Assembly: GCA_034521595.1 (NCBI GenBank)
Contig: JAXHMG010000003.1
Coordinates: 864,001 to 928,000, forward strand
Direction of reading: 5' to 3'
Length of the DNA: 64,000 nt
DNA from: Gemmatimonadota bacterium
GTDB taxonomy: Bacteria; Gemmatimonadota; Gemmatimonadetes; Longimicrobiales; Gaopeijiaceae
The position numbers were made by a program, and so were the translations under genes. Below, piece by piece: positions 38,946 through 49,155 of the stretch; positions within the stretch are counted from its first letter, which is position 1, and every line of letters starts with the position of its first letter. Below the pieces are notes generated by a model. It did no database searches and was not told where the DNA came from. It saw only the letters and a list, made by a program, of their open reading frames with translations.

Positions 38946-39020
38946 AGCGTCCGGTGCCAGAGCTGCCCCCGAGGCTGAGCGCGAGGGTAGTCGGCGCGGG
39001 TAGCCGACGCCGTCCCCTGC

Positions 39021-39491
39021 TCACCTCGCGCCTTCGACCGTTTCGAGGGCTTCGGACGCGCTCAAGCGGCCGACCGGACCGCTCGAGTAGCTCGCGAGCC
39101 GCACCACACCTTCAGGATCGAGGATGAACTGAGCGGGCTGAAGGTGGGTCTTGGCTCCCTCCTCGATGTACAGCCCGAAGTGGTCCCGAATTTCGTGGAC
39201 GTCGACGCCGTAGAGCACCGGGAAGGTCAGGCCCTCCTCCGTTTCCATCTGCCGCGCGCCCTCCTCCTCATCCGCCGAGATGGCGACGATGGCGACGTCG
39301 GCCTCGTCGTAGGCTTCGGAGTGCTCTGCCAGACCGGCCAACTGCCGGTGGCAGTGCCGTCACCAGTGGCCTCGGTAGAAGGTGACCAGAGCCCAGCGAC
39401 CCTCCAGGTCGTCGGGAAGGGTCATAGGGCCGCCCGTGGTGGAATCGGCGGTCAGCGTTGGAAAGCGATCTCCGTTTTCTAGATGTGCCAT
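39021..39491 (-). CDS. Peroxiredoxin-like (AhpC/TSA, redoxin) selenoprotein, Sec at codon 44
   Basis: Two ORF-track fragments are one frame joined by TGA at 39360-39362: FYRGHW-U-RHCHRQL; 156 aa thioredoxin fold with QPAQFILDPEG. Confidence 0.88.
39326..39353 (-). promoter_or_regulatory. Putative bacterial SECIS hairpin
   Basis: mRNA UGA-CGGCAC-UGCC-ACCGGC-AGUUG-GCCGGU-CU-GGCA; apical loop starts 16 nt after UGA with G at loop position 2. Confidence 0.75.
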
Positions 39492-39603
39492 GGTTGACCC
39501 CTCGTCGGTGTGCGGGAGCATGTTTGGCGACTCATGAATGTAAACACGATGGAGGCCGGTCGGTGTTCCCTCGGGGACGACCCGCCTCACGGATTCGCCA
39601 CGC

Positions 39604-39644
39604 TTGGTATACATAGCGCCATAATGTATAATGCTGCTATGTAT
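39604..39644 (+). promoter_or_regulatory. padR promoter with overlapping palindromic operator
   Basis: TTGGTA-N17-TATAAT (39604-39632) bracketed by ATACATAGC-N18-GCTATGTAT (39609-39644). Confidence 0.7.
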
Positions 39645-39686
39645 CCTAGGACTCGCGCTCGTGCACTCTTCGCCCCGGGTGAGATC

Positions 39687-40073
39687 ATGGAGATCAACAA
39701 GGACCTGATCGCCGCTTCCTCGACTCCGATCGTCCTGGCGATCCTGGCCGAGGAGGACAGCTACGGCTACGCCATTCTCCAGCGAGTGCGGGAGCTGTCC
39801 GGAGGGCGGATGGAGTGGACGGACGGGATGCTCTATCCCGTGCTGCACCGACTCGAGCGGCTCGGACACATCGAGGCACGGTGGGAGGTCGCGGAGACGG
39901 GCCGCCGCCGCAAGTACTACCGGATCACGGCTCAAGGACGGGCGCAGCTCGCCGAGGAACAGAGGCAGTGGCAGACCGTGGATGCGACGCTACGGGGCAT
40001 CTGGCGGGCGCTCTCCCTCCCCGTACCGGACAGCCACCCGGCGTCAGCCACGCCGCTCCCCGAGGGAGCCTGA
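39687..40073 (+). CDS. PadR-family transcriptional regulator
   Basis: SYGYAI, GMLYPVLHRLE, GRRRKYYRITAQG. Confidence 0.95.
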   Translation: MEINKDLIAASSTPIVLAILAEEDSYGYAILQRVRELSGGRMEWTDGMLYPVLHRLERLGHIEARWEVAETGRRRKYYRITAQGRAQLAEEQRQWQTVDATLRGIWRALSLPVPDSHPASATPLPEGA

Positions 40074-40076
40074 GTC

Positions 40077-40770
40077 ATGCCGTCGCCGGGTGCGGCCGTA
40101 TCACTCGAGGAACAGATCGACCAATGGCGGAGCTACCTTCGGCGCCGGCAGGCGATCGATTCCGTCGACGTCGCGGAATTGGAGGACCATTTGCGCGAGC
40201 AGATCGCGGGTCTGGCCCAGGCCGGCCTTGCGACCGATGAGGCGTTCCTGGTCGCGGTCAAGCGTATGGGTGACCTCGACGCCCTCTCGCGAGAATTCGC
40301 CCGCGAACATTCGGACCGGCTACGGACTTCGGTTTCTACGCGCGGAACCTGAGCTTTTTCGTCCTTCCACTGCTGACCGGCTATTTCGCGTGGAAGCGAC
40401 GGACCGGTGCCGGCACGCTCCGTTGGCTGGCGACTGCGTTCGTCGCGGCGGCCGTGTTCGCCAACGCTTATCCGCTCACGCCGGGGGGCTCCACCGAGGC
40501 GCTCACGGCGTTGCACCTACCGATCGCGCTCTGGCTCGTGGTGGGTATCGCGTACGCCTCGAGTCGCTGGTGGGAGATGGAGGGCCGCATGGACTTCATC
40601 CGGTTTTCCGGCGAGCTGTTCATCTACTACGTCCTGATCGCGCTCGGTGCCGGCGTCCTGACCGGGTTCATGGCGCTGATCTTCCAGTCGATCGGGAGAT
40701 GCTCATCGCGTTCGACCTGCTCCTGGTGGTGGTTCTGGGGCTTCTGCTCTATTCCATCTCCGCCCGTGAC
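40077..40770 (+). pseudogene. Permease-prefix-domain membrane protein, internally deleted and frameshifted
   Basis: Three coherent segments in three frames: ELEDHL...EAFLVAVKRMG (to ~40320), GFYARNLS...FQSIG (~40322-40696), REMLIAFDLLL...SISARD (~40695-40770). Confidence 0.8.
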
Positions 40771-40921
40771 CTCGGCGGACCTGCCCCGCGTACTGTGCGA
40801 GAGCGGTACGTCGTCCCGTCCATCGCTCGTGCGGTCGCGGCGGCCCTGGCCGATGCCGCGGCTCCGGCGCCGCTGGAGTCACTCAACCAACGCAGTGTCC
40901 GGTGAACCCGGGGCGGTTCAC

Positions 40922-41368
40922 TCATCCGTCGGACTGATGGATGTTGATGACGTCGTCGCGCAGTAGATCCCTGCCGAGGAACTCCTTCTCTTCCTCACGC
41001 ATGTGCGCCATGAGCTTCTCGATGGCGGGCAGGGCCGCGTTCACGGCCGCGGGAAACTCCGGGAGCTCGCCAGCGGCCCGGATCTGCTCGGCGATCTCCC
41101 GATGCTCCTCACGGTGATGGTTGTCCATACGGGTCAGGCGTTCGGAACCCCAGGCGTCGAGGGTGGGCAGGACTTCGCCGAGCAGGTGCTCCTCACGAGC
41201 ATTGTGGGCATCGATGCCGTCCCCGAGCTCGTGGAGAAGTCCGGAAAGTTGATCGCGCGCATCCGCACCTGACGGACGCTCGGCCAGCTCGCGCACCTTT
41301 GCGGCCAGAAGCTTCAGCGATGCATGCTGGTCCATCAACTCTTTCCGGATTTCCGTTAAATCCTTCAT
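40922..41368 (-). CDS. Hemerythrin/HHE domain protein
   Basis: H...HNAREE...HREEH...HMREEE ligand pattern in a four-helix protein. Confidence 0.85.
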   Translation of the reverse strand: MKDLTEIRKELMDQHASLKLLAAKVRELAERPSGADARDQLSGLLHELGDGIDAHNAREEHLLGEVLPTLDAWGSERLTRMDNHHREEHREIAEQIRAAGELPEFPAAVNAALPAIEKLMAHMREEEKEFLGRDLLRDDVINIHQSDG

Positions 41369-41398
41369 GCGAGCGCTCCGTCTTCGTAGGTGACAAAA

Positions 41399-42106
41399 GG
41401 TCCTTCGTCGGATTCGTTGCAGCGGATCTATAGGGGGATGGACACCGGCCTTCGAGGTGAGCATGAGATAGGTGTCTGAAGTCTCACCCCCCGCTCGGCC
41501 GGGAGGACACGGTGTATACTCTCAGCATAGCACCCTACTTCCCGTTTGCGGGAGTCTTTCCGTTGACGCAAGTGGTCAAACAGGTGGGAGCGGGCCAGCC
41601 GAGCCTGATTACGTTCACGCCGGATCCTGCCGCGCTGCCCGTCTGCTCGGGGTGTGGCCGGCCGGTCGAGCCGGTCCACACCTACCACATGCGCAGGGTT
41701 CGAGATCTCAGCCTTGCTCGAGCGAGGATCGAGTTCCCCGTGCCGCAGCGGAAGGTACGCTGCCCCGCCTGTGGGATCTGGGCTGAGAGCCGCGACTTCC
41801 TCGATCCGGCTGCTGGCCATCGACGAGATCAGAGGTGCACAAGGGCCATCGCTACGTGACGACCGTGCTCGACTTCGAGGCGGGCCGTCTCGTTTGGGGC
41901 GTAGAGGACCGAAGCAAGAAGACCGTCGAAGGCTTCCTCGGTGCGCTCTCCGACACGCAGCTCGCTTCGGTCGAAGATGCGGTGCGAGGAAGGACCAGCT
42001 CAAAGAGCTCTTCGGCGACTGCCGCCCTGGCGGGGCCCGGCGCGCGCTGTATTCATGGTGCACGCTCGCGTTCGCCGGTGGCATCGCGCCCCTGGAACGA
42101 AGGACC
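41399..42106 (+). mobile_element. Internally deleted ISL3-family IS remnant
   Basis: 10-bp IR GGTCCTTCGT (41399-41408) / ACGAAGGACC (42097-42106); zinc-finger CSGC..RVRDL..CPAC, then LAIDEI, KGHRYVTTVLD, KDQLKELF fragments in shifting frames. Confidence 0.8.
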
Positions 42107-42109
42107 CCC

Positions 42110-42445
42110 TCAATCCACCGGCCCCCGCGGCCAGTACATCATGATCGACACCCCCACGACACAGAGGAGTGCCCCGACGACGTCCGCACGGTCGGGGGCT
42201 CGCCCGTCCACCGTCCAGCCCCAGAGCAGGGAGAGGACGACGAACACGCCCCCGTACGCGGCGTAGACGCGTCCGAAGTGGGCGGGTTGCAACGTCGGCA
42301 CGACGCCGTAAAAGAAGAGCACGAAGCCGCCCAAGACCCCCAACCAGACGGCGCGCCCGTCCCGCAGCCACAGCCACACGAGGTAGCCTCCGCCGATCTC
42401 CAGGAGTCCCGCGGCCACGAAGAGCGCGATGGAGCGGGCGATCAT
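42110..42445 (-). CDS. ynfA: YnfA (UPF0060) small multidrug resistance-type membrane protein
   Basis: [33 protein letters not shown]. Confidence 0.93.
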   Translation of the reverse strand: MIARSIALFVAAGLLEIGGGYLVWLWLRDGRAVWLGVLGGFVLFFYGVVPTLQPAHFGRVYAAYGGVFVVLSLLWGWTVDGRAPDRADVVGALLCVVGVSIMMYWPRGPVD

Positions 42446-42462
42446 GCCCGGGCTCATGGACG

Positions 42463-42898
42463 TCACGGGCCCGCCCGCGCCGCGCGGTCCGCGCCTAGCA
42501 CCACGGGGATGCGAACGGAGGTCCGGTCCCACACGACGTGGAGGTCGGCGGCGGACGCACCGGAGCGCTCGAGCGTCATCGTCAAGAGCTCCACCTCCCG
42601 GTCGGATTCCGCGACGGGAACCGTGCCGGATCCCACGTCCCGGGCGCGCACGTCGTCATCGATGGGGATTCCCCAACGTTCGACGCTTTCGTTCACGTAC
42701 ACACGCCACTCGGAGTGGTTGGGGCTCGACATACAGCGAGTTCCACCCCGGCTCGACGGAGACGCCCGCGACGGTGCCCGCCTCCGGCATGTGGATGGCA
42801 GTAGCTTCGTCGGCATCTTGCGCAGTGAGGGGACCGGCGCAAAGCGCACCGATCGTGCAGCAGAGGGTGGTTTGGAAGATTCTGATCGGGCGAATGAT
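42463..42898 (-). pseudogene. DUF2911-like exported protein, degraded
   Basis: GGAGG RBS followed by ATC instead of ATG; signal peptide joined directly to ADEATAIH..VEPGWNSLY; frameshift near 42715 into [23 protein letters not shown]. Confidence 0.65.
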
Positions 42899-42990
42899 CC
42901 AGACCTCCAATGAAGTTCGTGGTGGGGGCTCGCTGTTCGATGCATCGCCTCGTTCGGGCCGGCTCGCAAGCCGTGCGCCCCCGAACGACA

Positions 42991-43020
42991 AGCGGGGATG
43001 CCCTTTCGGGCATCCCCGCT
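42991..43020. terminator. Hairpin terminator downstream of the DUF4382 gene
   Basis: Perfect 13-bp stem AGCGGGGATGCCC-TTTC-GGGCATCCCCGCT (GAAA tetraloop on the minus strand). Confidence 0.8.
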
Positions 43021-43047
43021 ACACTTCTCTGTCGGTTGTCGGGCCGC

Positions 43048-43950
43048 TTACGGAGTCGAGACCGAGGTGACCTCGAAGGAGATCGTCGACTCCGCACCGC
43101 TGGAGAGCGATACGCTCTGGGGTGCGGTGGGGTTCAGCGTGAAGTCGAAGGAATCCTCTTCTTGCAGCGCGATCGTGACGTCGCGCTCCTCATCCGGTAG
43201 CAGGAAGAGGAAGCTGGCCGTGAACGTGCCATCTTGGTCGGGATCCTCGAACGCCTGAGGCGCGGCCTCGGTGTCCAGCCGAGCCTCGAAGTCCGAGAGT
43301 GAGGCCTCGACCGTCGTGAGATCGACGCTGTCCGCGGCGGTCAGCTCCACGATGATGCTCCCGGTGAGGCTGATGTCTTCGGCATTGATCACTGGTGTCA
43401 TCACCCACGTACCGGACGCTCCGGCCTGCTGGCCGAAGCTCTCTGACACATCGAAGTCCAGAAGTAGGATCTGCGCGTCTCCGTCCACCTGGATGGAGCC
43501 GCCGGGCAGGTTCACCTTGATGCCTGTCTCCTCGAAGCTCGGAAGCTGAAGGCCTCCATCCGGTGTACCGCACTCGTCGAAGCCGTCGGAGGCGTAGACC
43601 TGCTCACTGCCGTCCTCCTGCTCGACGCCGATGCAGGCTTCAGGGATGATGAACCGGAGCTGTGTGTAGGTCCCGGCTTCAACCGTCTCATCCTCGACGA
43701 GGGTTGCTACGTCGTTCGCGAGGGTGAGTAGGTCCGTCGTGAACGGAGTGTCACGGAGCACCAACGGATCGCCATCGCCAACGAGCTCGACGCTCTCGAT
43801 GGTGACGCGGGCCTGGGTGAAGTCACCCGGCGCGTCCGTGAGCATGAGCGACACCGTGCCGGGGTCACCGACCGTGGTGGTGTCGTCGTCGCACGCAACT
43901 ACCGACAGGCTGAGCGCGAGGGCGAGCAGTCCTAAGACTGGGCGAGGCAT
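43048..43950 (-). CDS. DUF4382 domain lipoprotein
   Basis: Lipobox VVAC, LMLTDAP, GTYTQLRF, LLDFDVSESF, MTPVI; AAGGAG RBS. Confidence 0.88.
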   Translation of the reverse strand: MPRPVLGLLALALSLSVVACDDDTTTVGDPGTVSLMLTDAPGDFTQARVTIESVELVGDGDPLVLRDTPFTTDLLTLANDVATLVEDETVEAGTYTQLRFIIPEACIGVEQEDGSEQVYASDGFDECGTPDGGLQLPSFEETGIKVNLPGGSIQVDGDAQILLLDFDVSESFGQQAGASGTWVMTPVINAEDISLTGSIIVELTAADSVDLTTVEASLSDFEARLDTEAAPQAFEDPDQDGTFTASFLFLLPDEERDVTIALQEEDSFDFTLNPTAPQSVSLSSGAESTISFEVTSVSTP

Positions 43951-44022
43951 TGTTGACTCCTTCGATTGGATCGGGCGTTCTGAGGTTGTGGCCACCTTCG
44001 GCCCATTGGTGCATGAGCCTCG

Positions 44023-44037
44023 GCAATTCACACTCCA
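44023..44037 (-). promoter_or_regulatory. Possible sigma-54 promoter of the DUF4382 gene
   Basis: Minus strand TGGAGTG-TGAA-TTGC with correct GG-N10-GC spacing. Confidence 0.3.
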
Positions 44038-44202
44038 CACTCCACGAGGCCAGCGAAGGTCACATGCGCGGCTCCGGTGGCTCGGAGGCCGCCCGTTGCC
44101 CCTCTTGACATCGGGGACTGGGACCTGGATCAGCAACCAGCCCGAGAAGGCGTGCGCGGTCGCCTCGAGCGTCCGGGCTGTCCACCAGCGGGCGATCCGT
44201 CG

Positions 44203-44355
44203 GAAGGCAAGCTCGGCAACGTGATCGTCACCGACGGAGATCCGCTGGAGATTCGGACCCGAGTGCGGGAAGTCTTCATCCTCGGCCGTCGGGTGGACAC
44301 CGCCAACCGGCATCGCGAGCTCTACGAGCGGTATCGGGCGCGGCCGGCGCCGTGA
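44203..44355 (+). pseudogene. Orphan C-terminal fragment of an amidohydrolase
   Basis: EGKLGNVIVTDGDPLEIRTRVREVFILGR..NRHRELYERY; no catalytic barrel upstream. Confidence 0.7.
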
Positions 44356-44442
44356 GCCCCATCCCCGAGGGGGCTTCGCCGGTCGACGGGAACCGGGGTC
44401 GCGGGGCGAGCATGACGGCTCCGGCTCGACCCGGCCTCCTTG

Positions 44443-45681
44443 TCAGCCTCGTGCCACCCCGTACGGGAGACCGTCCCTGAGCGTCACGTACGGCACCAGT
44501 CGGCGGCTCCCGGGCCTGGTGTTGCCCGTCGCGTCCACGAAAGTGTAGTCGCCCTCGACTACCTCGAAGACCGACACGTCGGCCGCGGCGCCGGGCCGGA
44601 GCGTCCCGAGCTCGGCGCCGTAGGCGAACACCTTGGCCGCGGTGTCCGTGCAGGCGGCGACGCACTCTTCGAGCGACATCCCGAGGGCCATGAACTTCGA
44701 GACGTTCGTGGGGAGGTCGAACACGGGGCCCGTCACATTGCCGTCGTGCACGTCACTCGAGATGAGCTGAGGGCGAACGCCCTGGTCCAGAATGCGCTCG
44801 GCGACGTCGAAGTCGAGGTTGCCCCGCCCGTGGCCGATGTCGAGCCACACTCCGTTTTCGATGGCTTCCCGCACCTCGGGATATACCCGCCCCCCGTCGT
44901 CGAGGATGCTCCCGGTTCGGCGGAACGCGTGCGTGATGACGTCCCCCGGACGCAAGAACTCGAGGATCCGGGGAAGGGGCGAGGACTGTCCACCGATATG
45001 GACGGTGACGGGGACTCCGGCCCGGTCCGCTGCCTCCCGGGTGCGGCGCATGACCTCGATGTCGGCCCTGTCCTCGATCCCCGAGAGCATACGCACCTTG
45101 ATGCCGACCGCGACCTCGGGACTCTCCTCGATCGTGCGGACCACGGCGTCGACGTCGACGTAGTCCAGCAAGGCGAGTTCGTTCGGCGCGGTCATGCCGG
45201 TGCGCGACATGTTGACCAGCCCGTAAACGCGGGTCCTCGCCGGGCGGGCGACGTAGTCCCGGAAACCCGGGAAGCTCACCGCGCCGGCCGAGCCCGCGTC
45301 GACCACCGTGGTGACGCCCCGAGCGATCCCCACCAGATCCGGGTCGATGCCCAACGTGGGAACACCAGGATAAACGTGCGTGTGCACGTCGATCATGCCG
45401 GGGGTCACGAGCTTGCCACGAGCGTCGACGACGTGGCTCACGTCGTCGATGGAGAGCTGCTCTGCGATGTCCGTGACGCGCCCTCGGGTGATGCCGATGT
45501 CCCGTACGGCGTCGATGCCCTGGGCCGGATCGAGGAGCCGGCCGCCGCGGACCACCACGTCGTGCGCGTCGAGCGCGTGCCCGCGCCAGTGGTGCTGCGG
45601 GCGAATGGCGGGCAAGCCGGCCGCTGCCACTAGCGCACCGGCCGTGCTCGAAAGAAACTCGCGACGGGTCGTGTCGGTCAC
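44443..45681 (-). CDS. Tat-signal amidohydrolase (dihydroorotase-like/deacetylase family)
   Basis: TRREFL twin-arginine signal; PGMIDVHTH, VGIKVR, VTVH, ITH, DIGHG, ISSDVH. Confidence 0.88.
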   Translation of the reverse strand: MTDTTRREFLSSTAGALVAAAGLPAIRPQHHWRGHALDAHDVVVRGGRLLDPAQGIDAVRDIGITRGRVTDIAEQLSIDDVSHVVDARGKLVTPGMIDVHTHVYPGVPTLGIDPDLVGIARGVTTVVDAGSAGAVSFPGFRDYVARPARTRVYGLVNMSRTGMTAPNELALLDYVDVDAVVRTIEESPEVAVGIKVRMLSGIEDRADIEVMRRTREAADRAGVPVTVHIGGQSSPLPRILEFLRPGDVITHAFRRTGSILDDGGRVYPEVREAIENGVWLDIGHGRGNLDFDVAERILDQGVRPQLISSDVHDGNVTGPVFDLPTNVSKFMALGMSLEECVAACTDTAAKVFAYGAELGTLRPGAAADVSVFEVVEGDYTFVDATGNTRPGSRRLVPYVTLRDGLPYGVARG

Positions 45682-45889
45682 GAAATCCTCCTGTCGGGAG
45701 AGATCATGATGGGCGCGAGGCGATAGTGCTTCCCTGTTCTCCTCCAGGCAAGCACGCAGCGGGCACGGAGGGACGGGCTCGCCATGACATTGCCCGCGAG
45801 CGTTATCGAAGCCAGTTTTTTGTTCGCTATCGCCCGCTCGTGGGTCGGTGCCAAACCACCGGCCACGAGCTTCTCGCTCCTCGAACCCG

Positions 45890-48310
45890 ATGCCCGTGTC
45901 GACGCCACAAGACCACCTCGCAGTCGCACCCGAGCTCAGCCGCGACGAGATCCTGTCGGATTACCGCGTCGCCTACCTCAGCCGTCAGATGAGCCTCGTC
46001 GCCCGGCGGGAAGTCCACGCAGGCCGAGCCAAGTTCGGGATCTTCGGAGACGGCAAGGAGGTCGCGCAGGTCGCCATGGCGCGGGCCTTCGAGCCCGGAG
46101 ATTGGCGCTCCGGTTATTACCGGGACCAGACCCTGATGATGGCGCTCGGGTTGTTGACCCCGACGGAGTACTTCGCGCAGCTCTACGCCCATCCGGACAA
46201 TAAGGCTGATCCGCAGAGCGGGGGACGCTCGATGGGGGGGCACTTCGGAAGCCGGCTCCTCGACGAGCAGGGGAGCTGGACGAGCCACATGGCGCGTCCG
46301 AACTCCTCGATCGACGTTTCCCCGACGGGCGAGCAGATGCCGCGGCTGGTCGGACTGGGGTATGCCTCCCGTGTGTACCGCGAGCTGGAATCGCTCCACC
46401 ACCTGACCGATTTCTCGAACCAGGGCAACGAGGTGGTCTTCGGCACGATCGGGAACGCGAGCTGCGCCGAAGGCCTTTTCTGGGAGTCGCTGAACGCGAT
46501 CGGGGTGCTGCAGGCCCCGGTCATCCTCTCGATCTGGGACGACGGTTACGGGATCTCGGTGCCGAACGAGCTCCAGGTGCTCGGGGGTAACCTCACCGAG
46601 CTGCTCCAAGGGTTCCGGCGGCGCGACGACCTCCCGGAAGGGTATCATATCCACACGGTTCGCGGATGGGACTACGCCAAGCTCCTCGCGGTGTACCGGA
46701 GGGCGGCCGACAACGCCAGGAACGGGCGGATTCCCGGGATCGTGCACGTCATCGAGATGACGCAGCCGCAGGGCCACTCCACGTCCGGTAGCCACGAGCG
46801 CTACAAGCCCAAGGAGCGCCTCGAGTGGGAGAAGGAGTTCGACCCGCTCAAGAAGATGCGCGAATGGATGATCTCCGAGGGCGTGGCGAGCGAAGCGGAC
46901 CTCGATGTGCTCGAATCCGAGCTCGACAAGGAGGTCTTCGCGCACCGGGACGAAGCTTGGGACAACTACCGGGCCGAGCCTCTGGAGGAAGCGGCGGAGC
47001 TCGCGGGCCTCATCGAGGAAGCCTCGGGCCACTCGAGCCGCGCGGACGAGTTGCAGAGCCTGGCGAGCAAGCTGCGGAGTCAGGATTCGCCGCGTCGGAA
47101 GGAACTCGTCGAGTCGTGCCGCTCCGCGTTGATGATGGTGCGGACGGAGGGCAACCCGGTCGCTCCGCGCCTCGCCGCGTGGAACCGGGAGGAGCTCTCG
47201 AAGGGTCGCGCCCGGTTCTCCCGGTACCTCCTGAGCGAGTCGGACGAGTCGCCGCTGCGGGTGACACCGGTGCCGCCGGTCTATGGAGACGAGCCCGAGC
47301 AGGTGCGGGGATTCGAGCTCCTCAACAAGGCGTTCGACGCTATTCTCGAGCGGGATCCTCGGGTTCTCTTCTTCGGCGAGGACGTGGGTCAGCTCGGCGG
47401 CGTGAACGCCAGCCTCACCGGCATGCAGGAGAAGTACGGGGAGCTGCGTGTCGGCGACACCGGCATTCGCGAAGCCACGGTCGTCGGACAGGCCGTCGGG
47501 CTGGCCGTGCGTGGACTCCGGCCGATCGCCGAGATCCAGTACTTGGACTATATCCTGTACGCGATTCAGGTCCTCTCCGATGATCTGGCGATGATGCAGT
47601 GGCGCTCCGCCGGGGGGCAGAAGGCTCCGGCCATCATCCGGACGCGCGGGCATCGGTTGGAAGGCATCTGGCACTCCGGCTCACCCATGGCCGCGCTTCT
47701 CGGACTCCTCCGAGGGATGCACGTGGTGGTGCCCCGGGACATGACCCGGGCCGCCGGGTTCTACAACACGCTCCTCAAGGGCGACGACCCGGCGCTCGTT
47801 ATCGAGGTCCTCAACGGCTACAGGCTCCGTGAGTCGCTGCCGGAGAATCTCGACGAGCTCGCCCTGCCGTTGGGTCATCCCGAGGTTCTGCGTGAGGGCC
47901 GGGACGTGACGCTGGTGACGTACGGCGCGTGCTGCCGGATCGCGCAGGCGGCGGCCGACCTCCTTTCCGAGGCGGATATCGAGGTCGAGATCATTGACGT
48001 GCAGACTTTGCTGCCGTTCGACATCGAGCACAGCATCGTGGAGTCGCTCCGTAGGACGAACCGGCTCGTGGTGCTCGACGAGGACGTGCCGGGCGGAGCA
48101 TCCGCGTACATCACGCAGAAGGTGGTGGAGGAGCAGGAAGGCTTCATCTGGCTGGACGCGCCGCCGACGACGGTGACCGCTCAGGAGCACCGACCGGCGT
48201 ACGGCGCGGACGGTGATTTCTTCAGCAAGCCGGGCGTCGAGGACGTCTACACGGCGGTGTACGCGCTCATGAACGAGGCGAATCCGAGGAAATATCCGGA
48301 TATCGGCTGA
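45890..48310 (+). CDS. Fused 2-oxoacid dehydrogenase E1 alpha/beta subunit (likely branched-chain)
   Basis: [38 protein letters not shown], transketolase C-terminal domain. Confidence 0.92.
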   Translation: MPVSTPQDHLAVAPELSRDEILSDYRVAYLSRQMSLVARREVHAGRAKFGIFGDGKEVAQVAMARAFEPGDWRSGYYRDQTLMMALGLLTPTEYFAQLYAHPDNKADPQSGGRSMGGHFGSRLLDEQGSWTSHMARPNSSIDVSPTGEQMPRLVGLGYASRVYRELESLHHLTDFSNQGNEVVFGTIGNASCAEGLFWESLNAIGVLQAPVILSIWDDGYGISVPNELQVLGGNLTELLQGFRRRDDLPEGYHIHTVRGWDYAKLLAVYRRAADNARNGRIPGIVHVIEMTQPQGHSTSGSHERYKPKERLEWEKEFDPLKKMREWMISEGVASEADLDVLESELDKEVFAHRDEAWDNYRAEPLEEAAELAGLIEEASGHSSRADELQSLASKLRSQDSPRRKELVESCRSALMMVRTEGNPVAPRLAAWNREELSKGRARFSRYLLSESDESPLRVTPVPPVYGDEPEQVRGFELLNKAFDAILERDPRVLFFGEDVGQLGGVNASLTGMQEKYGELRVGDTGIREATVVGQAVGLAVRGLRPIAEIQYLDYILYAIQVLSDDLAMMQWRSAGGQKAPAIIRTRGHRLEGIWHSGSPMAALLGLLRGMHVVVPRDMTRAAGFYNTLLKGDDPALVIEVLNGYRLRESLPENLDELALPLGHPEVLREGRDVTLVTYGACCRIAQAAADLLSEADIEVEIIDVQTLLPFDIEHSIVESLRRTNRLVVLDEDVPGGASAYITQKVVEEQEGFIWLDAPPTTVTAQEHRPAYGADGDFFSKPGVEDVYTAVYALMNEANPRKYPDIG

Positions 48311-48402
48311 GGACGGCCGTTTCCCCGGACGGCCGTTGGAGCGGTCGCCGCGATCCGGTAGGACGCGACGAGCCCCGTAAATGGCAACAGGGAAGGTGCG
48401 CC

Positions 48403-49050
48403 GTGGACGAATCGAATGTGCCCGTCGAAGTGCTGATCGTCGACGACGTCCAGGAGAACCTTCTGGAGATCGAGACGCTCCTTCGGCACCCCCGGCGCAG
48501 CTTGGTGACCGCGGAGAGCGGCGAGGAGGCGCTCGAGACCCTCGAAGACCACGAGTTCGCCGCGGTCGTGCTCGACGTCCATCTGCCCGGATTGAGCGGC
48601 TTCGACGTGGCCGAGCGCATTCGTGCGAATCCCCGAACCCAACACGTCCCGATCCTGTTCGTCACGGCGGTCAAGCAGGAGCCTCATCACGTGTTCGTCG
48701 GGTACGAGCTCGGGGCCGTCGACTACCTGTTCCGGCCGGTCGATCCGCACGTGTTGCGGAGCAAGGTGTCGGTGTTCTGCGATCTGTGGGCGCAGCGCTA
48801 CGTGATCGCGGAGAAGAACCGCCAGCTCGAACGGCACCTCGCGGAGATCCGAACGCTGCGCGGGTTGATCGCCGTGTGCGCTCGCTGTCACCGGATCCGA
48901 GACGACGACGGGCTCTGGGAGCGTTGCGTGAGCTACGTGGCCCGGCACACCGACGCGGAGTTCACCCACGCGTACTGCGAGGAGTGCGCGGCGGAGCTGT
49001 TCTCCGACGAGGAGCTCGATGTCCACGAAGGCGCCACGTCCGACGAGTAG
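48403..49050 (+). CDS. Response regulator with C-terminal Cys/His putative zinc-binding domain
   Basis: LIVDD, VLDVHLPG, PILFVTA, coiled coil, then CARC...HAYCEEC. Confidence 0.9.
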   Translation: MDESNVPVEVLIVDDVQENLLEIETLLRHPRRSLVTAESGEEALETLEDHEFAAVVLDVHLPGLSGFDVAERIRANPRTQHVPILFVTAVKQEPHHVFVGYELGAVDYLFRPVDPHVLRSKVSVFCDLWAQRYVIAEKNRQLERHLAEIRTLRGLIAVCARCHRIRDDDGLWERCVSYVARHTDAEFTHAYCEECAAELFSDEELDVHEGATSDE

Positions 49051-49155
49051 CACGCAGCAGGTCGGGCGCGGTCCGCCGGGGGAGTGCGCAACTTTCGGCC
49101 GTCGCCGCGCGTAGGGTCGTCTGTGACCACCCTTTGCTCGTGAGGAGCCTGTCCT

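Noticed and set aside
39492-39935. Long N-terminal part of the ORF-track call 39360..39935
   Set aside because: Antisense to padR and its promoter; only the part from ATG 39491 is the real selenoprotein
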